64,000 nucleotides of DNA from a candidate division FCPU426 bacterium (GTDB taxonomy: Bacteria; Oederibacteriota; Muellerivitia; Muellerivitales; Muellerivitaceae): assembly GCA_963796105.1 (NCBI GenBank), contig CAWCKJ010000004.1:544001-608000 (forward strand). The letters run 5' to 3'. The notes under the pieces were generated by a model. It searched no databases. It was not told the origin of the DNA and worked only from the letters and a program-made list of their open reading frames with translations. Made by a program: the position numbers and the translations under genes. Positions 55,688 through 64,000 of the stretch are shown here, in pieces. Position 1 is the first letter of the stretch. Each line of letters opens with the position of its first letter.

Positions 55688-57244
55688 TCAATTTTTATCC
55701 AGAGCCAAGGCACGGAGGAAATCCTCCGCGGGCCGGGCGAAATCGAAAGACGACTGGGGTTTGAGTGAAGGATCCGACGGCGGGTCCAACGGGTTTTGAT
55801 CGAGGTTCTTTTGAAGGATGTTTTTGATGGATTGGTACGTGTAGTTTCCGAAATGGAGGGCCCTTAGACAGGCTGCCTCCAGACGGGAAGGCAGGTACTT
55901 TTCCCTCAAGCGCAGAATGCCCTGGGCTTTGCGCAGATGGTCCAGGGGGTGGGAGTGTTCCAGCAGGAGTTGGATTAATTGATGGGTATTAGGTCCAATG
56001 GCCTGGGCCTGTTTGAGGCACCATTGTGGGGTTCGTTCCAAGAAGACCGCTTTTTCAGGGGGATAGTGGCCCGGGTTGGTGCGCCAGGTTCCCTTGCGTG
56101 TGGCCTTGGCGTGGGAAGCCACGCATTCGTGTTTGAGAAATATATCAACGGTGGTGTCGGTTAATTGGGCCAGTAGTTTTTGGCCCCGAAGACGGTAGGG
56201 AGCCGAGTAATAGGAACCTTCCACGACTACGTGGCAATCGGGGTGCAGAGTGGCTTCTTTGAAGAAAGTTGGATGGTAAGCCGCGGTAGGCAGGGGCAAA
56301 AGGGCCTTCTGTTCCACGCTCTGGAAGACGGCCAAGGGTTGAAGCCGGGTGGTGCCATGATCCCGTAAACCTGCCTTGTTCATCACCCAATCGCGGAGTT
56401 GATGGTTGGCATCGGTGCGGCCCTGGAAGGAACGACCCTTGAAGAAGGAATTACGGACATAGGGCACGCCGCGTTCAACTTTACCCTTGTGGCGTGGAGT
56501 GGCGACACGGCAAGGGGAGATGATGAAGCCGTAATGGTTGGCGCATTCCACGTAGGTACGGTTGGCCAAGGGATCATAGAGGGCCGCCTTGACGATGGCG
56601 CTTTTCAGGTTATCGATTACGATTTTTTTAGGGACTGAATTGAAGAACTCGAAAGCCCGGCGGTGGCAGGCGATCCAGGTTCTCACGTCCTGTGCGAATA
56701 CAATCTCGGCGTACATATGCCGGGAATGGGAAAGGGTCATCACGAAAACCCAGGCCTTGGCTTGCTTGCCACGCGTCTCGTCCCACAAGCGGCCCAAAAG
56801 CCCGAAATCCACTTGGGCCTCCTCGCCGGGCGCAACCTCCAGCCTCACGTAGGCGGGTTTCTCATTGCGAAAAGGCTCCGTATACCTCTTCAGGGTCGAG
56901 TAACTCCCCTTCCACCCGTGCCGCTCTTGAAGCATCTCCTGGATGCGAATCAAGGTGAAATCTTCCTTCAACCATTCTTGGATGATTCCCTTGAGGGCCT
57001 CCAAGGCATGAGCGGGAACGGGCGTGGATTTTTCGCCGTCTTCCCAAGCCTTCGCCAAATCCTTTTCCAGGGGAAGTTCCCCTTGGAGAAAGCCATGTTC
57101 TTTCGCCCAACGCACGTATTGCTTGACCGTGTGCTTATTGCATCCCAGGGCCCGGGCAGTGGGTTTGAACCCGCCCAAGGCCTGGTAAGTCCTCAAAATC
57201 TCACGAATAGTCGCCATGTCGCTCTGCCTCCCTTGTCGGGTCAT
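55688..57244 (-). CDS. istA: IS21 DDE transposase
   Basis: N-terminal HTH; PGEEAQVDFG, DNLKSAI, KGKVERGV, YSAP. Confidence 0.95.
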   Translation of the reverse strand: MTRQGRQSDMATIREILRTYQALGGFKPTARALGCNKHTVKQYVRWAKEHGFLQGELPLEKDLAKAWEDGEKSTPVPAHALEALKGIIQEWLKEDFTLIRIQEMLQERHGWKGSYSTLKRYTEPFRNEKPAYVRLEVAPGEEAQVDFGLLGRLWDETRGKQAKAWVFVMTLSHSRHMYAEIVFAQDVRTWIACHRRAFEFFNSVPKKIVIDNLKSAIVKAALYDPLANRTYVECANHYGFIISPCRVATPRHKGKVERGVPYVRNSFFKGRSFQGRTDANHQLRDWVMNKAGLRDHGTTRLQPLAVFQSVEQKALLPLPTAAYHPTFFKEATLHPDCHVVVEGSYYSAPYRLRGQKLLAQLTDTTVDIFLKHECVASHAKATRKGTWRTNPGHYPPEKAVFLERTPQWCLKQAQAIGPNTHQLIQLLLEHSHPLDHLRKAQGILRLREKYLPSRLEAACLRALHFGNYTYQSIKNILQKNLDQNPLDPPSDPSLKPQSSFDFARPAEDFLRALALDKN

Positions 57245-57459
57245 GCCGTTCTCCTCACATGAAGTGAAAAAAGAAAGGAATGACGGTTAGAGAGGCCCTT
57301 GGCAAGGGGGTCAAAGTCGGTGGCCAGACAGGGGGTCAAAGTGACTGGCCAGAGGTGGGGTCAAAGTGCTTGGCCAGCTAGGGGGTTAAAGCTCGCGGCC
57401 AATGACAGGAACTCTGGAACCGGGTTAGCAGGCCTTGGCTGGTACCCCTAGGGCCGGAT

Positions 57460-60237
57460 TCAGGTCAGAGGCTTGTCCTTAACAAGTTTGGGCTCTTTGA
57501 CGGCCCTGACCTCGTCCAGCCTGGAAACAGGGGTGTTATGGGGGGCGGTCTTGAATATCTCCGGGTTGGTTTCCATCTCCTTGCGGATCGTCAAGAGGGC
57601 CTCCGCGAACTCGTCCAGGGTCTTCTTGGGCTCGGTCTCGGTGGGCTCCACCATAATGGCCTCATGCACCACCAGCGGGAAATAGATGGTGGGGGGGTGG
57701 TAATTGAAGTCGATGAGACGCTTGGCGATATCCAGCGCCGAGACGCCGTACCGCGTCTTCAAGGGCTCCGCCGTCAGGACAAACTCATGCTTGCAGATAC
57801 GGTCGTAGGCCGGCGGGTACTGGGCCTTCAAGCGGGCTAAAAGGTAATTGGCGTTCAAGGTGGCCACCCGGCCTACCCTCTCCAGGCCCTCCTTGCCCAG
57901 CCTCTTGCAGTAGGCCAGCGCCCTTAAAAGCACCCCGAAGTTCCCGGTGTTCCCCTTCATGCGGCCGATGGAAAGGGGCGATCCTGACTTCTGGTAATAG
58001 CGGTTCCCTTCCTTGAAAACCCGGGGTTCCGGCAGGAAAGGCTCCAGGGCCTTAGTACAGCCCACAGGCCCGGCGCCCGGCCCCCCGCCCCCGTGCGGGG
58101 TGGAGAAGGTCTTGTGAAGGTTCAAGTGCACCAGGTCGAAGCCCATGTCCGCGGGCCTGCAGATGCCCACGATGGCGTTCATGTTGGCGCCGTCATAATA
58201 AAGCAGTCCCCCCGCCTCGTGGACCAGCCGGGCCACCTCCAGGATGTTCTCCTCGAACAACCCCAGGGTGCTGGGGTTCGTGAGCATGAGTACCGCCGTG
58301 TCCCGGCCCAGTTTCATTTTCAGGGCCGCGACATCCATGTTCCCCCTGGCGTCGGTGGGGATGGAGACCGTCTTCCAGCCGGCCATGGTGGCCGAGGCCG
58401 GGTTAGTCCCGTGGGCCGAGTCCGGCACGATCACGTTGACCCTCTGGTGGTCGCCCTTATCGGCGAAATATCTCTTGGCCATCAAGAGGGCGGTAAGCTC
58501 CCCTTGGGCCCCGGCCGCCGGCTGGAGCGTCAGGGCGTGGCATCCCGTGATCTCCTTGAGCCACTGCTCCAGCTCATAGAGGACCTGGAGGGCTCCCTGT
58601 GTCTCGTCCTCTCGCTGGGCGGGATGCAGGTCCATCCAGGCGGTTTGGGAGACGATCTCCTCGTTCACCTTGGGGTTGTACTTCATGGTGCAGGAACCCA
58701 GCGGGTAAAAACCCGTGTCGATGCAGAAATTCATGCGGGCCAGCCCCGTGAAATAACGGACCAGTTCCACCTCCGAATGGCCCGGAATCTTGAGGTCTCC
58801 CCGGGTCTTCAGCCAGCCCGGAAGGGAGGCGGGTTTGGGGTCCTGGAAGGGGCTTTTTCTCGCCGGTTCCAGTTCCTCGAGCAGGGTGCCAGTCAGGGGG
58901 TTTCCCACGAAACCATGGCAGGCCGACAAGAAAGATTCCAGGTCTGAGGGGCTGGTAAGCTCTGTGCAGGCCGCCAGGACGCAATCCTTGAACTCGGGAT
59001 AATCCTGGGCCAGGTCGTAGGGGGCCACCAGGCCCCAATCGCTGAGGAATTTGGCGAAGCCGGAGGAGGGGGGCCTGATCACGAACTCGTTGGCGAAACG
59101 GACGGTTTCGACCTTGAAGCCTGGGATTTTGGATATTTCCGTCGCCAGCGCGTGGGCCGCGGCGGCCCCTTCCTTGGCGGCGTCCCTCGCTCCCGCCCCG
59201 CCCTTCATATATAACCAGGCGGAGGCGAAATTCGCCATGAGGGACTGGGTCGTGCAGACGTTCGAGGCGGCCCTTTCCCGTCGGATGTGCTGTTCCCTGG
59301 CCTGGAAAGTCAGGACGCAACCCTTTTTCCCGTTTCGGTCCAGGGTTTCCCCCACGATGCGTCCCGGCACCTGCCGGATATCCTCAAAACGGGCTGTCAG
59401 GAAACCCGAATGGGGCCCCCCGAATAGGATGGGATTCCCGAAGGATTGGGCGCTTCCGGCGCAAACACCGGCCCCGAGGGACCCGGGGGAAGGAAGCAGG
59501 GCCAGGTTCATGGCTTCCGCCACGGCCGCCACCAGGAAGCAGTTCTTTTCCTTGCAGACCCGGGAGATCGCCTCTAAATCCTCCACCGTGCCGAAGAAGT
59601 TGGGGTACTGGACCACCACGACCGAGTTGGGCCAAAGGTCGGCTTTTAAGGACTCAATATCGGTTTCGGTGCCCCTCAAGGGTATTTCGCGGATCTTGTG
59701 TCCCTGGGGATTCAGGTAGGTTTGGATGACCTGCCGGTACTCGGGATGAACCGCACGGGAGACATAGACGAAGGCCTCGGCTTTTTTCACCCTCAGGGCC
59801 AGCAGGGCGGCCTCCGCAACGGCGGACGCTCCGTCATAAAGGGAGGCGTTTGAAACCTCCAGGCCGGTAAGTTCGGTCATATAGGTCTGGAAATCGAACA
59901 GGGCCTTCAGGGTTCCCTGGGCGATCTCGGGCTGGTAGGGGGTATAGGAAGTTAGGAATTCCGGCCGGGTCATGACCGCCTTCACGGCGGAGGGCAGGTC
60001 GTGGTAATAGACCCCCGCTCCCAGGAAACAGGGACGGCCGAAGACTGGTTCATTGGAGCCCGCCAGGCGCGCGAAATAGCGCCTCAGGTCATGCTCGGAA
60101 AGGCCTTTGGGAAGATTCAGCCCGTTTTTCAAGATCACTGAGGAGGGGACATCGGCGAATAGGTCGTCCAATTTCTGTACACCGATGGTTTTCAGCATTT
60201 CCTTTTCGTCTTCGGGAGTGATGGGGATGTAGGACAA
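57460..60237 (-). CDS. gcvP: Glycine cleavage system P protein, in-frame fusion of GcvPA and GcvPB subunits
   Basis: N-half MSYIPIT...FLGAGVY...TSYTPYQPEIAQGTL...REQHIRRERA (GcvPA type); C-half SEVELVRYFT...FYPLGSCTMKYNPK...HLNLHKTFSTPHGGGGPG (GcvPB type, PLP lysine). Confidence 0.93.
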   Translation of the reverse strand: MSYIPITPEDEKEMLKTIGVQKLDDLFADVPSSVILKNGLNLPKGLSEHDLRRYFARLAGSNEPVFGRPCFLGAGVYYHDLPSAVKAVMTRPEFLTSYTPYQPEIAQGTLKALFDFQTYMTELTGLEVSNASLYDGASAVAEAALLALRVKKAEAFVYVSRAVHPEYRQVIQTYLNPQGHKIREIPLRGTETDIESLKADLWPNSVVVVQYPNFFGTVEDLEAISRVCKEKNCFLVAAVAEAMNLALLPSPGSLGAGVCAGSAQSFGNPILFGGPHSGFLTARFEDIRQVPGRIVGETLDRNGKKGCVLTFQAREQHIRRERAASNVCTTQSLMANFASAWLYMKGGAGARDAAKEGAAAAHALATEISKIPGFKVETVRFANEFVIRPPSSGFAKFLSDWGLVAPYDLAQDYPEFKDCVLAACTELTSPSDLESFLSACHGFVGNPLTGTLLEELEPARKSPFQDPKPASLPGWLKTRGDLKIPGHSEVELVRYFTGLARMNFCIDTGFYPLGSCTMKYNPKVNEEIVSQTAWMDLHPAQREDETQGALQVLYELEQWLKEITGCHALTLQPAAGAQGELTALLMAKRYFADKGDHQRVNVIVPDSAHGTNPASATMAGWKTVSIPTDARGNMDVAALKMKLGRDTAVLMLTNPSTLGLFEENILEVARLVHEAGGLLYYDGANMNAIVGICRPADMGFDLVHLNLHKTFSTPHGGGGPGAGPVGCTKALEPFLPEPRVFKEGNRYYQKSGSPLSIGRMKGNTGNFGVLLRALAYCKRLGKEGLERVGRVATLNANYLLARLKAQYPPAYDRICKHEFVLTAEPLKTRYGVSALDIAKRLIDFNYHPPTIYFPLVVHEAIMVEPTETEPKKTLDEFAEALLTIRKEMETNPEIFKTAPHNTPVSRLDEVRAVKEPKLVKDKPLT

Positions 60238-60247
60238 ATTTTCCTCC

Positions 60248-60572
60248 AGTTAGGAATGGGGAGTTGGAAGTTAGGTGTTCAAATCATTAAAAAAATTACT
60301 ATTTTTAATCGGCTTTAGATAACTATTCCCCCCTTTGAAAAAGGGGCCTTTCGGTTTGTGGGTACCATAGGGGGTTTTCCCTATGAGCGCCTTTGGGCGG
60401 GGGTATTAGCTGTTTCTAAAATCCAAAACAAGTCTAACTTCCCCTTAATCCCCCTCTTTCAGAGGGGGAAAAAAATCAACGCCCTAAAAATTGGACAAAA
60501 TTGAGTTCATAAAACAAAACCTTTTGAGCTTCTCTTTTCATTCCGAACTTCTCACTTCTAACTCCTAATTTT
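60248..60572. repeat. Composite intergenic repeat: inverted heptamer tracts enclosing palindromic repeat copy 2
   Basis: AGTTAGG-AATGGGG-AGTTGGA-AGTTAGG ... TTCATTCCGAACTTCTCACTTCTAACTCCTAA flank 60323-60470, the reverse-complement homolog of 35176-35374. Confidence 0.7.
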
Positions 60573-60577
60573 TTACT

Positions 60578-60940
60578 TCAGTGGAGTGAAGCGAGATACT
60601 GCTCTTCCGTCATGAAAGCGTCCAGCGCTTTGGGGTTCTCCGATTGGATCACCGCGATCCAGCCGGCGCCCTCCGCGTCCTGGTTGATGAGCCCAGCCTG
60701 ATCCTTCAGCTTCCCGTTTACTTCCAGCACCGTGCCGGCGGGACTATAAACGTCCGCCACGGCCTTGACCGACTCCAGGATGCAAAGGCTCTGCTGGTCC
60801 GCGAGTTTCTTGCCCACATCTGGCAGTTCCGCGAAAACGATGTCGGAAAGCTGCTGGGCCGCGTGTTTTGTGACGCCGACGCGGATCTTGCCGGAACCCA
60901 GGTCCTCGTACCACTCATGGTTTTTGGTGAACTTGCGCAT
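60578..60940 (-). CDS. gcvH: Glycine cleavage system H protein
   Basis: FTKNHEW, lipoyl-Lys motif ESVKAVAD, IN-x-D-x-EG-x-GW. Confidence 0.95.
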   Translation of the reverse strand: MRKFTKNHEWYEDLGSGKIRVGVTKHAAQQLSDIVFAELPDVGKKLADQQSLCILESVKAVADVYSPAGTVLEVNGKLKDQAGLINQDAEGAGWIAVIQSENPKALDAFMTEEQYLASLH

Positions 60941-61084
60941 GAATACTCCTCAAGAAGGAAGTGGGCGGATGAAGCATGAGCCGCCGCCAAAAGCGAACCG
61001 TCATTTGCTGGTTTAATTATTGGAAGGCGTGGAAGAGTGTGGGAAACCGCCTGACTATAGCAAAATCCGGGATCATTTTCATGG

Positions 61085-61636
61085 TTATCCAGCCGGAATA
61101 TTTTTGAGAATTCCCTCGATGAATTCCGTTTTGGCCTTGGTATAACCTTCACGGTCAAAAGTAAATTTCTCCGCTAATTGGCGTTTCAAGTTTACGTATT
61201 GGCGTGCTTCTTCCGGATGGGTCCGAAGATAATCCCGGAACAATAACTCCTTCTTCCGGTTGAGATCATAAACATGGATATGGTGGGTCCTTCGTTCGCC
61301 GAAGGGGGGCATTCCCTTGGCGAAATATAGCGTGTCCTTCTCGGGATTGGTGGCCCAATAAAAATAACCCAATCCCTCGATCGGGTCCACCATTTGGGGC
61401 CAATAAGCTCTCGATTCCACCCGAATCAGGATGTCGATGATGGGCTTGGCCTCCAGGCCCGGCACGGCTGTGCTTCCGCAATGGTCGATCAAAAGACCTG
61501 GAATAGGGCCGAGAACTTTCCGCAGGAGGGCTTCTTCTTGGCGGAATAATTCAGGCCATCTTGGATCATATTCGACAATTTCAATCTTGTCTTTCTTGGG
61601 GTCGTAGCCGTCAGGAAGCTCGCTCAAGGGAGTCAT
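61085..61636 (-). CDS. GrpB/UPF0157 nucleotidyltransferase-fold protein
   Basis: YDPRWP, HCGSTAVPGLEAKPIIDI, RTHHIH, LLFRDYLR, YTKAKTEFI. Confidence 0.9.
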   Translation of the reverse strand: MTPLSELPDGYDPKKDKIEIVEYDPRWPELFRQEEALLRKVLGPIPGLLIDHCGSTAVPGLEAKPIIDILIRVESRAYWPQMVDPIEGLGYFYWATNPEKDTLYFAKGMPPFGERRTHHIHVYDLNRKKELLFRDYLRTHPEEARQYVNLKRQLAEKFTFDREGYTKAKTEFIEGILKNIPAG

Positions 61637-61814
61637 GATTTTCCACGATTACGCACAAAGCACCTGCGGTCTATTGATTTTTTAAATCTTCCCCCTCTGT
61701 GCTAAAGCACTATGCTGTTCTCATTTTTTAAATTTTATATGAGGAACAGTATGAAAGAGGGGGAGAAAGGGGAAGTTAGCCTCTGGGTGTTGCGCAACAA
61801 AAGCTGATATTCCC

Positions 61815-62357
61815 TTATCCATTCGGCAAAGATTTGGACTTTTCCCATTTCTTCGCCATTTCCTTATACGAGTTCTCGAGTAAATCCCCTGGCTTGATCT
61901 CGAACACATCTAGAAGCTTCCTGACCTTTTTTTCTTCCGCAGCTTTTTTCTTGGATGTATCGCCCTGGTAAACCGCCTCGAATTCCAGGAAGCTGCCGAG
62001 TCCCTTCACCTGGTCCAGGTGGATCCGGACGTTTCCCACCAGGTAAATGTCCCTTTGCTTGACGACCACTTCCTCGATCCCCAAAAGAATTTTAAGAAGC
62101 TTCTTCACCTTCGGGGCGTCGGATACGGGAATCACGGCATAATCGCATTTCTTGGGTCCTTGCTGATTGGGCCGCAGATAGGGGATGAGCTCCCCGCCGC
62201 TCAAGGTGGACTCCCGCAGTTTGAGTCGTCCCTTCCCCGTCTTGAAGTAGGTGTCGACCTGGTGATCCCGGCCCTTGAACCAGGCGTTCAACCCCTTGGC
62301 GATGCGCCGGGCCTTGGCCAGGTCGGGATAAACTGCCTTGATCTCGATGTTCGGCAT
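61815..62357 (-). CDS. CYTH-domain protein (class IV adenylate cyclase CyaB-like)
   Basis: NIEIKA, QVDTYF...GRLKLR, VRIHLDQVKGLGSFLEFE. Confidence 0.9.
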   Translation of the reverse strand: MPNIEIKAVYPDLAKARRIAKGLNAWFKGRDHQVDTYFKTGKGRLKLRESTLSGGELIPYLRPNQQGPKKCDYAVIPVSDAPKVKKLLKILLGIEEVVVKQRDIYLVGNVRIHLDQVKGLGSFLEFEAVYQGDTSKKKAAEEKKVRKLLDVFEIKPGDLLENSYKEMAKKWEKSKSLPNG

Positions 62358-63170
62358 AATTTCTCCAGGGCTCTTGATTTCCCATGTGGATTCAGGTTTG
62401 TTAAATTCGGCTGTATCCCCATCATGCGGTTTTCAAATTGGAAATGGCAAATCCGTTTCCTTTGGCACCCATTGTAAATTTTTCATTTTTCGTTGTCTTT
62501 CCCAAATCCCCGATAACCAACCATATCAGGTTGACCCAAATCGAACCGCTTGTTCAGGTCGAAATAGTCATGTTGGTTTTCCGGAAAGTGAATGAGATTA
62601 ACCTTATCCAAGGCCGGCGGGAATATTAATGTTCCCGCACCCTGCTGGATCAGGCCGGAAAACCTCTGGCCTATGGTCTCAATCAAGTGGGTTTTCCAAA
62701 CAGTCCAGGGCCGCCTCGTCGTGAAACTTCTTCTTTTGCGCTGATCCCCCTTGTATCTTTCAACAACTTGGGCAAGCATTTAGCAGAAAACTTGCGCGAA
62801 ACATCACTCTGGAATCCCCCAAAGTTGCGATCCAGGCTTGCTTTTATTTGTCGCTGTTAGATTCGTCTTTTTAAAGACAAATCCCTCTTAAACTGTCGTT
62901 TACCTGAACAGGGTAATCCGTGAAATAAAACGACATTTTTTATGCACCAAAACAACTTATTTCGGTGGTCTCAACTTGAAAAAAGGGGGTTCTACCTGGA
63001 AAATCTCATTAAGAAGCCATGCGAATTCGTATTTTCCGTTTTTATAAGTTCTTTATCGCAAGTTTCAATATTTCACCCGGTAAAAATTTTTTATCAACCT
63101 ATGAAACCGATTTCAGGTTCTGTATTTCTTTTTTTGTGTCGGGTTAGGAAGTCTGAAAGCTGGTGTGGGA

Positions 63171-64000
63171 ATGAATATAAAATGGGGAAATAAGAAACTT
63201 GGATTTATCAACCATATTCCCTTGATATTCAAGGCAGCTGATTTCCGAAGCTTCATACCTTCACGCCTCATCACACCGCTCACCCTAATATTTTCAATGG
63301 TTTATTTCGGCACGCTTGAGGGCACCCGTCTTAACGCTCAAACAGCGACCCCAACCTCCACCAACACCGTCTCGACCATAACCACCTCAAAATATTGTCC
63401 AACGGACCCCCCCACCCAATACACGGGCATCGCTACTTGGTACACCAGTGTTTATACCTCGCCGGGTACGGGAAATTGCGCCTATCCGGCAGGCTCCTAT
63501 GACCCCAATGATTACGTCGCCCTCAATTGGTCGGACTATGAAAATGGGTTGAGTTGCGGAGCCTGCATCGCGGCGCATTACAACAGCAATTCGGTCACGG
63601 TCATGGTGGTGGACCAGTGTCCTTACCCCTGCAATGTCCACCAACTCGATCTCTCCCCGCAAGCCTTTGGCCAACTGGCCGCCACGGGCCTCGGTCAAAT
63701 CAACATCACCTGGAACTATACCCAATGCCCCGGAAGCCTTTTGACCCAAAACAACCCCACCGGGAACATCACATACGAATTCAAGTCGGGATGCAACCAA
63801 TGGTACGCCCCGATCCAATTCATGGATTACTTGTTCCCGATCATCTCCGTTCTAGTCAGTAACAATGGAAGCGCCTATACCAGCCTATCCTTGATAACAT
63901 CCGACGCGGGAAACACTGAATATTGGGGGGACAAGACCAATAACTACAACATGGGAGCCGGCCCCTATAACTTTATTCTTACCGATGTAAGGGGTGATGT
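63171..64000 (+). CDS. Expansin EXLX1-like secreted protein (3' end beyond the window)
   Basis: Open frame from ATG 63171 (alternative TTG 63222), absent from the ORF track because it has no stop: GIATWY...GNC...VALN...CGACI...VMVVDQCP...LDLSPQAF (DPBB domain), then YEFKSGCNQWY...GPYNFILTD (CBM63-like). Confidence 0.85.
   Translation, partial: MNIKWGNKKLGFINHIPLIFKAADFRSFIPSRLITPLTLIFSMVYFGTLEGTRLNAQTATPTSTNTVSTITTSKYCPTDPPTQYTGIATWYTSVYTSPGTGNCAYPAGSYDPNDYVALNWSDYENGLSCGACIAAHYNSNSVTVMVVDQCPYPCNVHQLDLSPQAFGQLAATGLGQINITWNYTQCPGSLLTQNNPTGNITYEFKSGCNQWYAPIQFMDYLFPIISVLVSNNGSAYTSLSLITSDAGNTEYWGDKTNNYNMGAGPYNFILTDVRGD

Larger units (their letters stand above)
54637..57407 (-). mobile_element. 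IS21-family insertion sequence, 2771 bp, apparently intact
   Basis: Ends 5'-TGTCA(C/T)TGGCC...; multiple internal TGGCCA...CTTT(G/A)ACCCC repeats at both ends; GGAAC 5-bp target duplication (54632-54636 and 57408-57412); istA and istB. Confidence 0.95.

Noticed and set aside
60941..61084. Glycine riboswitch upstream of gcvH
   Set aside because: The characteristic GGAGA...CCGAAG...CTCAGG elements are not visible on the minus strand.
62483..62779. 98-aa ORF between the CYTH gene and the expansin gene
   Set aside because: No recognisable motif or RBS; it cannot be supported from the sequence alone.

Overview
Bacterial chromosomal window with GC-rich genes and AT-rich intergenic spacers. The gene repertoire (PorV-like protein, FlgD-Ig-tailed surface protein, GspG-like pilin, Thr/Pro linkers, expansin) suggests a diderm candidate-phylum lineage such as FCPU426/Goldbacteria or Elusimicrobiota; this is inference only. 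Core content: a complete nuoA-N complex I operon (minus strand), gndA, a NitT/TauT-type ABC transporter with a frameshifted permease, dedA, xth, fabI, a divergent radC/lexA pair, gcvH with a fused gcvPA-gcvPB, and GrpB and CYTH proteins. Accessory content: a 17-kb co-oriented surface cluster (apparently split PilX, 1228-aa giant prepilin, PilW-like pilin, 2194-aa FN3 protein with a FlgD-Ig/T9SS-like tail, PorV-FN3 fusion); two GT-C glycosyltransferases; a DUF4258/DUF2283 toxin-antitoxin-like pair; an intact IS21-family element with a 5-bp target duplication; and a 3'-truncated expansin gene. Three things stand out. (i) A GxxExxY nuclease gene is bracketed by inverted short-period repeats; there are gene-less copies, and nested double-hairpin inserts, one of which sits in frame in the PorV signal-peptide region. 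(ii) lexA is followed by an apparently catalytically dead RAYT/Y1-transposase-like gene and a 21-bp higher-order repeat array. (iii) The minor-pilin and T9SS-like genes are coupled in one cluster. All family assignments come from motif recognition by eye; no searches were run.
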